A DNA stretch of 31,719 nt from Candidatus Levyibacteriota bacterium (GCA_039809365.1 JBDHUV010000001.1:1-31719), one strand, 5' to 3'; numbered from the stretch's first letter, positions 1 to 8,538 are shown. Numbers and translations: made by a program. Notes: generated by a model not told the origin, from the sequence alone.

Positions 1-25
1 ATCTGATTATATCAAATAGAATTGA

Positions 26-47
26 GGGCGGGGAGTAATCCCCGCCC
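26..47 (-). terminator. GC-rich 9-bp hairpin just after the stop of ORF 51..566 (terminator or 3' stabilising hairpin)
   Basis: GGGCGGGGA-GTAA-TCCCCGCCC is a perfect inverted repeat 3 nt from the stop codon; only a weak U-tract follows on the minus strand. Confidence 0.6.
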
Positions 48-50
48 ATG

Positions 51-566
51 TTAACTCGGTTCGTGTGTAGTTCTTGTTGCCATATCCCAGAGAAAGGTGG
101 AGAAGTATCCTGCCAATCCTGCGTAGGACAGCAGCTTGTACACAAATTCTCCCTCGGCGAATACAAGAGCGATTGCTGTTTGCACAATAATGACTGCTGC
201 AAACCCGAACATGACCGTGTGATACCCTTGTGAAGGGATGGAGAAGGACCTGCTCGGTGTCCCGCCTGGGTAATATCCTTCCAAGAAAAATATTGTGCCC
301 AGACTGACAACAAAGACCAGTATGTGCCACCAGCTCGTCTCGTACCATCTCCCTTGGTGTTCGTAGTTTTGCAGAATGATTCCTGCAAAACCAGCGAAAA
401 CTGGTAGAAAGATGTTGTCACCGAATTTGAACGAACGGAATGGAGTAACGTAGTCCTTCTTCTCAATGGCAAAACGAATTACCATTGTGAGGTTGAACGA
501 TACGAACGCTACGAAGAATGCGAGAGCATATCCCATGCTCCACAGCTGCTCCACCAGGCTAAACAT
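51..566 (-). CDS. Hypothetical multi-pass membrane protein, 171 aa
   Basis: ORF with about 4-5 hydrophobic segments, SD-like AGAGGAAGGA (574-583), own promoter and 3' hairpin; no family recognised. Confidence 0.8.
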   Translation of the reverse strand: MFSLVEQLWSMGYALAFFVAFVSFNLTMVIRFAIEKKDYVTPFRSFKFGDNIFLPVFAGFAGIILQNYEHQGRWYETSWWHILVFVVSLGTIFFLEGYYPGGTPSRSFSIPSQGYHTVMFGFAAVIIVQTAIALVFAEGEFVYKLLSYAGLAGYFSTFLWDMATRTTHEPS

Positions 567-611
567 GGTGTAGTCCTTCCTCTATGAACCGAGTTGTAAA
601 AGAACAATATA

Positions 612-640
612 ATTATAGCAAAAAATAATCCTATAGTCAA
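612..640 (-). promoter_or_regulatory. Sigma70-type promoter for ORF 51..566
   Basis: TTGACT-N17-TATAAT with TGn extension on the minus strand. Confidence 0.75.
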
Positions 641-695
641 TAAAATTATGTAGTTTATCTTTTTAATAAGACGTATAGTGAGGTATAATAATAGG

Positions 696-1514
696 ATGAA
701 AATCGGAGCACATCAATCAATTAGTGGAGGATTTGCTGTTGCACTTGAAAGTATTGCCTCTAAAGGTGGAAATACACTGCAGATTTTTGCTTCTTCTCCA
801 AGATTTTGGAGCCAGCCTGAAGTATCTGATGAGACTGCTGAAAAATTTAAGGAAGCAAAGAAAAGATTAAAAATTGAACCAATATATTTCCATGCTTGTT
901 ATTTAATCAATCTGGCAAATACTGAAAAAGGAGGGTATGCGTCTGTTTCAGCGCTGACGAAAGAATTAAAATTAGCATCTAGAATGCATATTAGAGGGAG
1001 TATTATCCATTTAGGTTCGCTTACAAATGGAACATATGAAAAGTTAATTACGAACATTCAAAAAGTAATAGAACAAACGCCAGAAGATACGGTGTTTATT
1101 GCAGAAAATGCAGGTACACGTAAAATTGGTACAACTCTTGAAGAATTAGGGAATATTGTGCGTGATGTAAATCATGAGAGATTAAAAATTTGTTTAGATA
1201 CATGTCATCTCCATGCGGCAGGATATGATTTGAGTTCTCGGAAAAAATTTGATGAATTTTTCTTAGAATTTGATAAAATAATCGGTCTTGAAAAACTTGA
1301 AGTTATTCATGTCAATGATAGTCGCGATCCTTTTGGGTCAAATCGTGATAGACATGAAAATATTGGTGAAGGACAGATCTCTTCAGAAGTTTTTAAGTCA
1401 CTCGTAAATAGCCCTATAACAAAAGACATCCCTCTTATTTTAGAAGTGCCTGGGTTTGATAAAAAAGGACCTGATAAAAAGAATTTAGATATTTTTAAAT
1501 CATATATTCAGTAG
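696..1514 (+). CDS. nfo: Endonuclease IV (AP endonuclease, deoxyribonuclease IV)
   Basis: MKIGAH start; motifs HACYLINLA, IIHLGS, ENAG, CLDTCHLHAAGYD, HVNDS, DRHENIGEG, ILEVP; ATG 696 preferred over GTG 678. Confidence 0.95.
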   Translation: MKIGAHQSISGGFAVALESIASKGGNTLQIFASSPRFWSQPEVSDETAEKFKEAKKRLKIEPIYFHACYLINLANTEKGGYASVSALTKELKLASRMHIRGSIIHLGSLTNGTYEKLITNIQKVIEQTPEDTVFIAENAGTRKIGTTLEELGNIVRDVNHERLKICLDTCHLHAAGYDLSSRKKFDEFFLEFDKIIGLEKLEVIHVNDSRDPFGSNRDRHENIGEGQISSEVFKSLVNSPITKDIPLILEVPGFDKKGPDKKNLDIFKSYIQ

Positions 1515-1523
1515 TTTTACCTC

Positions 1524-2300
1524 ATGGATCACGTTACTTCCTTTAAAAAAACAATATATACTTTTTACGAAAAAAATAGAAGAGATTTTCCTTGGAGAGA
1601 TACACATGATCCATATACTATTCTTGTTTCAGAGCTTATGTTACAACAGACACAAACAGAAAGGGTTGTTCCCAAATATTTAGCATTTATACAAAAATAT
1701 CCAGATTTTGAGTCATTATCTAAAGCATCTATTACAGAAGTTTTAAGTTTATGGAGTGGATTAGGATATAACAGACGAGCTCTCTATTTACATAAAACAT
1801 CCAAGATAGTCGTAAGTGATTTTGGAGGGAAATTGCCAGATGATGAAAAGCTTCTTATACAGTTTCCTGGAATTGGTAAGTATACAGCTGGTGCGATTCT
1901 TTCTTTCGCATTTAATAAAAAAGCTGTTTTTATCGAAACAAATATACGAAGAGTTTTTATTCATTTTTTCTTTTCTGATTCAGATAAAATTACAGACAAG
2001 CAAATACTTCAATATGTTGAACGTACACTTCCTGAGGAAAACTATAGAGATTGGTACTATGCGCTCATGGATTATGGAGCAAGTCTTGCTAAGAATGGAG
2101 AGAATGCGAACACGAAAAGTAAACACTATGTAAAACAATCTCCATTTGAAGGATCTCGAAGACAGCTAAGAGGCAAGATATTACGAGTAGTACTAGCTAA
2201 AGGAGAGCTAGACTATACTCATACAGAGCTTCAAGGTTATAAAAAGTCCTCTATTAATGAAGTGTTTCATGATTTACAAAGTGAAGGACTTATTGACTAA
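1524..2300 (+). CDS. mutY: Short A/G-specific adenine glycosylase (MutY-like HhH-GPD) without Fe-S cysteines
   Basis: FPWR, PYTILVSELMLQQT, WSGLGYNRRA, HhH LIQFPGIGKYTAGAI, ALMDYG. Confidence 0.85.
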   Translation: MDHVTSFKKTIYTFYEKNRRDFPWRDTHDPYTILVSELMLQQTQTERVVPKYLAFIQKYPDFESLSKASITEVLSLWSGLGYNRRALYLHKTSKIVVSDFGGKLPDDEKLLIQFPGIGKYTAGAILSFAFNKKAVFIETNIRRVFIHFFFSDSDKITDKQILQYVERTLPEENYRDWYYALMDYGASLAKNGENANTKSKHYVKQSPFEGSRRQLRGKILRVVLAKGELDYTHTELQGYKKSSINEVFHDLQSEGLID

Positions 2301-2321
2301 TTCAGGTTACAGCCTTATAAT
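2293..2321 (+). promoter_or_regulatory. Sigma70-type promoter for rny
   Basis: TTGACT-N17-TATAAT. Confidence 0.75.
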
Positions 2322-2430
2322 GGGAAAGATAACAGTGAGTGCACGTATGTTTATGAACTGTAGGATTATTTCTCATTTCTTTCTCTCATAACTCATTACT
2401 TGAGCATCTTCTCACTGGTCAAAAATTACT

Positions 2431-3594
2431 ATGTCAGACACAACTCGTGAAGAGTATTTGAAAAAATTAGAAAATGTTTCTTCTCTAACTCGTGAAGAGG
2501 CTCGTACACTGCTTTTAGACGAAGTTCGCAAAGATTCAAAAGCAGATGTTGCTCGTATTATTAAAGAGTCTGAAGATGAAGCAAAAGCTGTTGCACACAA
2601 AAGAGCACAAGAGATTTTAGTTGATGCAATGCGACACGGTACATTAGATATAGTTCCTGAATACACAATCTCTGCAGTAAAAATCCAAGATGAAGATGTA
2701 AAAGGAAAGATCATTGGAAAAGAAGGGCGTAATATTCGCGCATTTGAAAATGCAACTGGAGTTGATGTAGATCTTGATGAACAAGGAATAATCCGTTTAT
2801 CTTCTTTTGACTCGGTAAGAAGAGAAATTGCAAGAAGAGCATTAGAACTTTTGATTAAAGATACTCGTATTCAACCTGTACGTATTGAAGAAGTTGTTGA
2901 GCAAGTAAGAAAAGATGTAGAAAAAATTATGTTTGAAGAAGGAGAGAAGCTTGCTCATGCAGTAAATGCATACAATATTCACCCAGATCTAATTGCAATG
3001 CTTGGAAGATTTAAATTCCGCACCTCATTTGGACAGAATCTAATTGTCCACACTCTTGAAGAAACAAAAATTGGCATGCAGATTGCACACGAAATAGGTG
3101 CAAATGTTGAGATCGTAAAACTCGGATGTCTATTCCATGATATTGGGAAAGTAAATTATGACAAAGAGGGAAGTCATGTTACTCTTGGTGCTGAGATTTT
3201 ACAAAAATACAAAATGCCGAAAGAGGTTATTAATGCAGTTCTTGAGCATCATGAAGATAGACCTTTCAGTTCAGTTGAGTCAGTTATTGTGTATATAGCA
3301 GATGCAATTTCAGGAGCAAGGCCAGGAGCACGACACGAAGATATAGAAGACTACTTCAAGAGGATGAGAGATATGGAAGAGATTGCAAAAAGTTACGATG
3401 GAGTAGTTGATGCATATGCATTTGAAGCAGGACGTGAACTTCGTGTTATTGTAAATCCTGGGAAAATGGATGATGTAGAAACTACAATTGTTGCAAAACA
3501 GATAAAAGAAGAAGTAGATAGAAAATTAATTGTTCCTGGTGTAGTTAAAGTAACCGCAATCCGAGAATTTAGAGTCTCAGAACCAAAAGAATAA
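2431..3594 (+). CDS. rny: Ribonuclease Y (KH + HD domains), N-terminally short
   Basis: KGKIIGKEGRNIRAFENATGVD KH motif, LSSFDSVRRE, FRTSFGQN, LFHDIGK, HHE, ADAISGARPGAR, AGRELRVIV. Confidence 0.95.
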   Translation: MSDTTREEYLKKLENVSSLTREEARTLLLDEVRKDSKADVARIIKESEDEAKAVAHKRAQEILVDAMRHGTLDIVPEYTISAVKIQDEDVKGKIIGKEGRNIRAFENATGVDVDLDEQGIIRLSSFDSVRREIARRALELLIKDTRIQPVRIEEVVEQVRKDVEKIMFEEGEKLAHAVNAYNIHPDLIAMLGRFKFRTSFGQNLIVHTLEETKIGMQIAHEIGANVEIVKLGCLFHDIGKVNYDKEGSHVTLGAEILQKYKMPKEVINAVLEHHEDRPFSSVESVIVYIADAISGARPGARHEDIEDYFKRMRDMEEIAKSYDGVVDAYAFEAGRELRVIVNPGKMDDVETTIVAKQIKEEVDRKLIVPGVVKVTAIREFRVSEPKE

Positions 3595-3633
3595 TATTCA
3601 TTTCCTCCCTTTTTATCAAGCAGTGCCTCTTAC

Positions 3634-3696
3634 TTGACAATCATGAATGATAAGTTGTATTGTTATATCAATCTATGTTGGAAAGTAAGGAGGTGA
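3634..3696 (+). promoter_or_regulatory. HU promoter and very strong Shine-Dalgarno site
   Basis: TTGACA (3634-3639)-N18-TATTGT; TAAGGAGGTGA at 3686-3696, 9 nt before the ATG. Confidence 0.6.
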
Positions 3697-3705
3697 GTTC
3701 TGCCC

Positions 3706-3987
3706 ATGGCATCAGTTACGAAGAAAGATCTTATTGAGCTAGTAGCAAAGAAAGCCAATCTCACAAATAAAGCTTCAAAAGAGGCTGTAAAAGTTTTTCT
3801 CAATGGTATCCGTGATTCACTAAAAAGAAATGAGAAAGTTGTCTTAACAGGATTTGGTACTTTTAGTGTGAGATCAAGAAAACAAAGAAAAGGAAGAAAT
3901 CCAAAAACAGGTGAGACAATTACATTGGCGGCACGAAAAGCTCCTGGATTTACACCTGGAAAAAGTCTCAAGAAATATATTAGATAG
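3706..3987 (+). CDS. hup: HU family histone-like DNA-binding protein
   Basis: TKKDLIELVA, VVLTGFGTFSV, RKGRNPKTGETI, FTPGKSLK. Confidence 0.95.
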   Translation: MASVTKKDLIELVAKKANLTNKASKEAVKVFLNGIRDSLKRNEKVVLTGFGTFSVRSRKQRKGRNPKTGETITLAARKAPGFTPGKSLKKYIR

Positions 3988-4003
3988 GGTATAATTGGCC
4001 TAT

Positions 4004-4984
4004 ATGAAAAAGGCGATTATAGTGAGTGGACCTACAGCAAGTGGGAAAACAGCTCTCGTGTTTGATATTGTCAGGAATATTAATGCTGCAGTTATTAATG
4101 CAGACTCACGACAAGTCTACAAATCGATAGATATTATTGTGGGGAAAGACATTCCTGAAGACTCAGACTTTATATCCTGTCCAGAAGGAAAGTATGATAT
4201 TGGCTATTTTACTATCCCCTATTCTCGACTCTATTTATCTGCAGTACTTACGTCTGTAACAGAAGAGTTTTCAGTAGCTGATTATCTATATCTCGTAGAG
4301 AAAGTACTTTCAGACCTCGACACTTCAATTATTCCTATTTTTGTGGGTGGTTCTAATTTTTATATCTCTGCCTTGTCCAATCCTCCCCAGACATTATCAG
4401 TACCTCAAAACGTATCACTTCGTATGAAACTTTCAAAATACTCAGTGACTCAGTTACAAGATTTGCTAAAAAAAGAAGATAAAAATAAGATATCCCGGAT
4501 GAATGATTCTGATAGAAATAATCCTCGAAGACTTATCAGAGCGATTGAAGTAGCAAAGTGGAAAAATACATTAAACGGTAAAAAATCTGGAAATTTACAG
4601 CAAAGTGCTGTTTTGGCAGGTTATGAAATTTTCAATATTGGACTTGTTGCTCCACTAGATCAACTCAGAAGAAAAATTGATGCTCGGGTAGATGCTCGTA
4701 TTACACAAGGAGCAATAGAAGAAGCAAAAGAAGTTTTTGCCCAGTATGAAAATGTTTCCAACACCATCAAAATGACAAATGGATTTAGAGAGTTGTTTGA
4801 GTATTTCCAGAATGAAGTATCATATAAAGAAGCAATTCAGAAATGGAAATATGCCGAATATCACAATGCAAAAAAGCAGCTTACGTGGATGAATGCAGAT
4901 AGTAGTGTAAAGAAATACTCTATTGTTCAACCACATTTTGAAGAAATTATACTTCAGGACATACTCGATTTCCTCCAAAAGTAG
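4004..4984 (+). CDS. miaA: tRNA dimethylallyltransferase
   Basis: GPTASGKT P-loop, INADSRQVY, RRLIRAIEV, AKKQLTW; ATG 4004 preferred over TTG 3995. Confidence 0.9.
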   Translation: MKKAIIVSGPTASGKTALVFDIVRNINAAVINADSRQVYKSIDIIVGKDIPEDSDFISCPEGKYDIGYFTIPYSRLYLSAVLTSVTEEFSVADYLYLVEKVLSDLDTSIIPIFVGGSNFYISALSNPPQTLSVPQNVSLRMKLSKYSVTQLQDLLKKEDKNKISRMNDSDRNNPRRLIRAIEVAKWKNTLNGKKSGNLQQSAVLAGYEIFNIGLVAPLDQLRRKIDARVDARITQGAIEEAKEVFAQYENVSNTIKMTNGFRELFEYFQNEVSYKEAIQKWKYAEYHNAKKQLTWMNADSSVKKYSIVQPHFEEIILQDILDFLQK

Positions 4985-5062
4985 ATATGGAGAGGTAATA
5001 GCACAACCAATCAATTACTATAAGCTTTATTTTTAGCCACAAATAGTGTATAATGGTATATA

Positions 5063-5387
5063 GCTCTGGGAAGAAGAGCTGCTACTGCATGAGTAGGTAT
5101 CATGTGGAGGAAAGTCCAGACAGTCTTAAAGCCGGGATCGGGGCGTAAGCTCCGACTAGCAATAGCTGGTGTTCTGACTCTTTACTCACATATGGAGTCG
5201 GGAACAGGAGTTGAATTTACAATTCCTGAGAGTCACAGAGACGAGTGAGTGTGAAACGATGACAATCCCACCCGCTGCAACCTCCGAATGGCCGAGAGAT
5301 GCTTTATCTCGCTAGTATAGGCCGAAGCTTGAGGGCATAGATAAATAGCAGTGACAAACAGAATCTGGCTTACTCTCTTCCCAGTGC
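5063..5387 (+). ncRNA. rnpB: RNase P RNA (structurally reduced)
   Basis: GAGGAAAGTCCAGA (5107-5120) and AACAGAATCTGGCTTA form P4; P1 CTGGGAAGA/TCTTCCCAG; P2 CTGCTA/TAGCAG; CACAGAGAC and GTGAAAC resemble CR-II/III; TAGATAAAT resembles CR-IV; TATAAT at 5049-5054. Confidence 0.95.
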
Positions 5388-5391
5388 TAAT

Positions 5392-5423
5392 AAAAAGTCT
5401 CGGTGAAAGCCGAGATTTTTTTT
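5392..5423. terminator. Bidirectional intrinsic terminator between rnpB and the helicase gene
   Basis: AAAAAG-TCTCGGT-GAAA-GCCGAGA-TTTTTTTT, with an A-tract before and a T-tract after. Confidence 0.85.
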
Positions 5424-5436
5424 GGAGAAATAGCTA

Positions 5437-8367
5437 TTAATACGCATTACAAAGCATTTTATATTCACAGTTTTGACAAAGGATATTCTTACTACATGCA
5501 AAATCACTTTGTTCAATCTCAGCAATTTTTTTCTGAATCTCTGCTTCAGTATATTTGAGATCATCAAGCGTAATATCTCGAGTAAGTTTTTCGCCTGTTT
5601 CTAAGTATAGGAGAGAAACAGTAATTTCTTCAGGTTTTTTTCCGAGATATTCATTTTTAACTTGTGTTGCAGCAAGAGCATAAAGTCCAAGCTGGAGTTG
5701 GTACGATCTCTTTGAAAGAGATTTTGGTTTCCCTGTTTTATAATCAATAATCTCAATTCCTCCATCAGGTCTTCTATCGATTCTGTCTATAAATCCAGAT
5801 ATTTTTACAGGCTTGGATTGAGGATCTTCGTTTTTATTAATAAAAAATGAGAATGGATGTTCAAGTGTAAGAGGAGAGTGAACAGGATCATAATACGTGT
5901 CATAATATTGTGCTAATAAATGCTCGCCGTGTTCAAACATTTCATTCTCATATGCTTTTGACATAAATCCTTCAGATCTCCAGTGTTTTCTTAGGAGTAG
6001 TAAAAAATCTTTTTTTGAGAAAAGTATTTTTTCCATAGCTGAACTGTGGAGCTCGTGTAAACTTTCATGCATTGCTGATCCAAAACTAAGAGGTCCTGAG
6101 TTAGGAGTAGGGATGTTAAGGAGATATCTTGCTTTAAAATGAAGAGGGCAAAGATCAAATGCTTGGAGTTGGGAAAATGAAATAGAAGTTATATTGAGTG
6201 GTAGTAAAGGCTCTGTATTATTTAAACTGTTATTTTCTACTGAGTAATCTCTCGTTGCTTCTAATAAAGTAAGTTGGGTAGGTGAGTACTTCTCAGTTTT
6301 TTGTAGATTTACTTCAGGTAGTGCTTCAGAAATAAAAGGAGAAAGTTTTTTTTCACGTTTTCCTTCTGCATAAAATTTAGACGCGGTAAAATAAAGCCTT
6401 TCTTTTGCTCTGGTCATCCCTACATAAAAAAGCCTTCTTTCTTCTTGAATATGAAAGTCTCCTGTTGGGAGTACTTCTTTTATTAAATTATCTGGTACTG
6501 GTAATGTTTCTCGTCTCGCTCTTGATGGAAATCTATCGTTTACAAGGTTTACCAAAAATACTACAGGGAACTCTAATCCTTTACTTGAATGAATAGTCAA
6601 TATTTTTACAGCATTAAATTCTTTCCAGTCAATCTCTTGAATAAGCGGGCTATCACCCATTTCCATCATCAAATCGATCCACTCGACAGTGGAGTGCAAA
6701 CTTATATTCTTATTCAGTGTTTCGTATGTTTTTAATTTGTCAAAAAATCTTGCAATATTTTGAGCAACCTGTTCTTCTTGTTGTGTTTTATACTCTACAA
6801 ACTTTTCAAATAAGCCTGTGTCAGTTAGAAAATAGTAAAGAATTTGTCCTGGCATATCGACCTTTGATCTATCAAGATGATGAATAATCATTTCATGTAT
6901 TTTTTTTATTTTTTCTTTTGTTTCATCTGTGAGGTTTGTTTCCTCAATTTTCTCAAGAGCTTCAAAAAGAGAGTAGTTATTTTTTTTTGCAAACTGTAAA
7001 AGAAAAGTTAGGTCCCTCATAGGTAATCTAAAAATATCCATCTGGAGAACTTTAAAAAGTGAAACAGAGTCTTCAAGATTTGCGAGTAACCGTAAATATG
7101 ATATTAAGTTTTTTATTTCGTCTCTTTGAAATAACTGTGCAGGTCCTAAAAATTGATAGGGAATTTTTAAACGTTGAAGAGCTTGTGTAATTGGTTGGGC
7201 ATGATTATTTGCCCGAACAAGTATTGCAATATCTGAGTATGTATACCTGTCTTTTTTTGTTAACTCTAGTATTTTACGTGCTATGGACTCTGCCTCTTCA
7301 TCGCTTCTTGTGGTGTAGATAAACTCAATAGGGAAATCTTTAGACTTTTTATTACTAATTAATTTCTTGTCTATTTTTTCCATAACTTCAAGTCTGTTTG
7401 GATTGTTATGTTGGATCATCATATATGCACTATCTAAAATTGCTTGGACAGATCGATAATTTTGAGTTAAGGTAATAATCTGTGCCTTAGGAAAATTAGT
7501 TCTAAACTGTATTACATTTGAAAGTGCGGCTCCTCTCCATCGATAAATTGCTTGGTCATCATCTGCAACAACTGTAATGTTTTGTTTTTCTCCAGAAAGC
7601 ATAACTGCAAGAGTGTTTTGAGCAAAGTTTGTGTCTTGGAATTCATCAATAAGAATATATTTAAACTGTGTTTGATATTTTTTTAAAATGTTTTTTCTTT
7701 TTCTAAAGAGAGCAAGTGTTTGGGCAATAACATCAGAGAAGTCAATCATCCCTGCTTTTAATTTTATATCTGAGTATTGAGAGTAGGCTGTTGCTAATTC
7801 TAAGTTTTTTTCAGCCTCTTCTTTTTCCTCATCTGTTAGTGAATTTTGTGTATCTGGAGAGACTTGAGATTGTGCCCATTCAAGATATTCAGATGGAGAA
7901 ATATCTTCGTCTTGAAGTCTTGAGAAATGTTGGAGCATTGCTTCGACAAATTTATTCGGATTTCCTAACGGTCTAAAATATTTTAGATTGAGAGTGAATA
8001 AATGCTGTTTTAAGAAAAGTACACTATCTGATTCTGTCATAAGTGTATAGTTTGGATTTAGCCCAATATGTATCCCCTCTTCGCGAAGAAGAGTGTCACA
8101 GAAGGAATGGAAAGTGGATATCCATAGTTGTGAGTATCCATAAGGCATCATCATATCCACCCGTTCTTCCATCTCTGAAGCAGCTTTTTCAGTAAAAGTA
8201 AGTGCAAGGATGCTACTTGGATCAATATTTTTATCTACAATAAGGTGTCTTATTCTCTCAGTGATCACCGTTGTTTTTCCTGTCCCTGCTCCAGCTATAA
8301 TAAGTAAGGGGCCTTCTCCTGATAGAACAGCTTTTTTTTGTGAAGCATTGAGCTGAGTATTATTCAT
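5437..8367 (-). CDS. UvrD/PcrA-family SF1A helicase fused to a C-terminal PD-(D/E)XK nuclease (AddA/AdnA-like)
   Basis: AGAGTGKT, LALTFTEKAA, TFHSF, ILIDEFQDTN, DDDQAIYRWRGA, NYRS, TIHSSKGLEF, EERRLFYVGMTRA; nuclease GFIDRID...IIDYKTG, QLGLY; terminal CQNCEYKMLC. Confidence 0.9.
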   Translation of the reverse strand: MNNTQLNASQKKAVLSGEGPLLIIAGAGTGKTTVITERIRHLIVDKNIDPSSILALTFTEKAASEMEERVDMMMPYGYSQLWISTFHSFCDTLLREEGIHIGLNPNYTLMTESDSVLFLKQHLFTLNLKYFRPLGNPNKFVEAMLQHFSRLQDEDISPSEYLEWAQSQVSPDTQNSLTDEEKEEAEKNLELATAYSQYSDIKLKAGMIDFSDVIAQTLALFRKRKNILKKYQTQFKYILIDEFQDTNFAQNTLAVMLSGEKQNITVVADDDQAIYRWRGAALSNVIQFRTNFPKAQIITLTQNYRSVQAILDSAYMMIQHNNPNRLEVMEKIDKKLISNKKSKDFPIEFIYTTRSDEEAESIARKILELTKKDRYTYSDIAILVRANNHAQPITQALQRLKIPYQFLGPAQLFQRDEIKNLISYLRLLANLEDSVSLFKVLQMDIFRLPMRDLTFLLQFAKKNNYSLFEALEKIEETNLTDETKEKIKKIHEMIIHHLDRSKVDMPGQILYYFLTDTGLFEKFVEYKTQQEEQVAQNIARFFDKLKTYETLNKNISLHSTVEWIDLMMEMGDSPLIQEIDWKEFNAVKILTIHSSKGLEFPVVFLVNLVNDRFPSRARRETLPVPDNLIKEVLPTGDFHIQEERRLFYVGMTRAKERLYFTASKFYAEGKREKKLSPFISEALPEVNLQKTEKYSPTQLTLLEATRDYSVENNSLNNTEPLLPLNITSISFSQLQAFDLCPLHFKARYLLNIPTPNSGPLSFGSAMHESLHELHSSAMEKILFSKKDFLLLLRKHWRSEGFMSKAYENEMFEHGEHLLAQYYDTYYDPVHSPLTLEHPFSFFINKNEDPQSKPVKISGFIDRIDRRPDGGIEIIDYKTGKPKSLSKRSYQLQLGLYALAATQVKNEYLGKKPEEITVSLLYLETGEKLTRDITLDDLKYTEAEIQKKIAEIEQSDFACSKNILCQNCEYKMLCNAY

Positions 8368-8429
8368 ATACGCATTGTATCAGATCTTAGCAGTAATAAA
8401 AAATAAGTGATAGCCTGATAATATTTTAC

Positions 8430-8455
8430 ATTTAGATTGATATATCAATCTAAAT
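8430..8455. repeat. Perfect 26-bp palindrome in a divergent intergenic region
   Basis: ATTTAGATTGATATATCAATCTAAAT equals its own reverse complement. Confidence 0.9.
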
Positions 8456-8538
8456 CTATTGACATATTTTAATATATATAGACATACTTTGTTATCAAAA
8501 GATATTTAATGACTGCTAAGGATATAGATGTTTGTTAC

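Noticed and set aside
7-348. Alternative-frame and antisense ORFs from the track (e.g. 7..348, 48..233, 1816..2133, 2412..2714, 3663..3971, 19867..20265, 28556..28957)
   Set aside because: Shadows of well-supported genes, without independent signals
2347-2391. uORF MFMNCRIISHFFLS in the rny leader
   Set aside because: No SD, not at the predicted TSS and no informative codon bias
3601-3612. Anti-SD TTCCTCCC upstream of HU
   Set aside because: Only 5 nt complementary, and it lies upstream of the predicted HU transcription start
4004-4984. MiaA motif divergence (IDIIVGKD, VGGSNFY) as a sign of a new function
   Set aside because: P-loop, DSRQVY and overall layout are intact; ordinary divergence is enough
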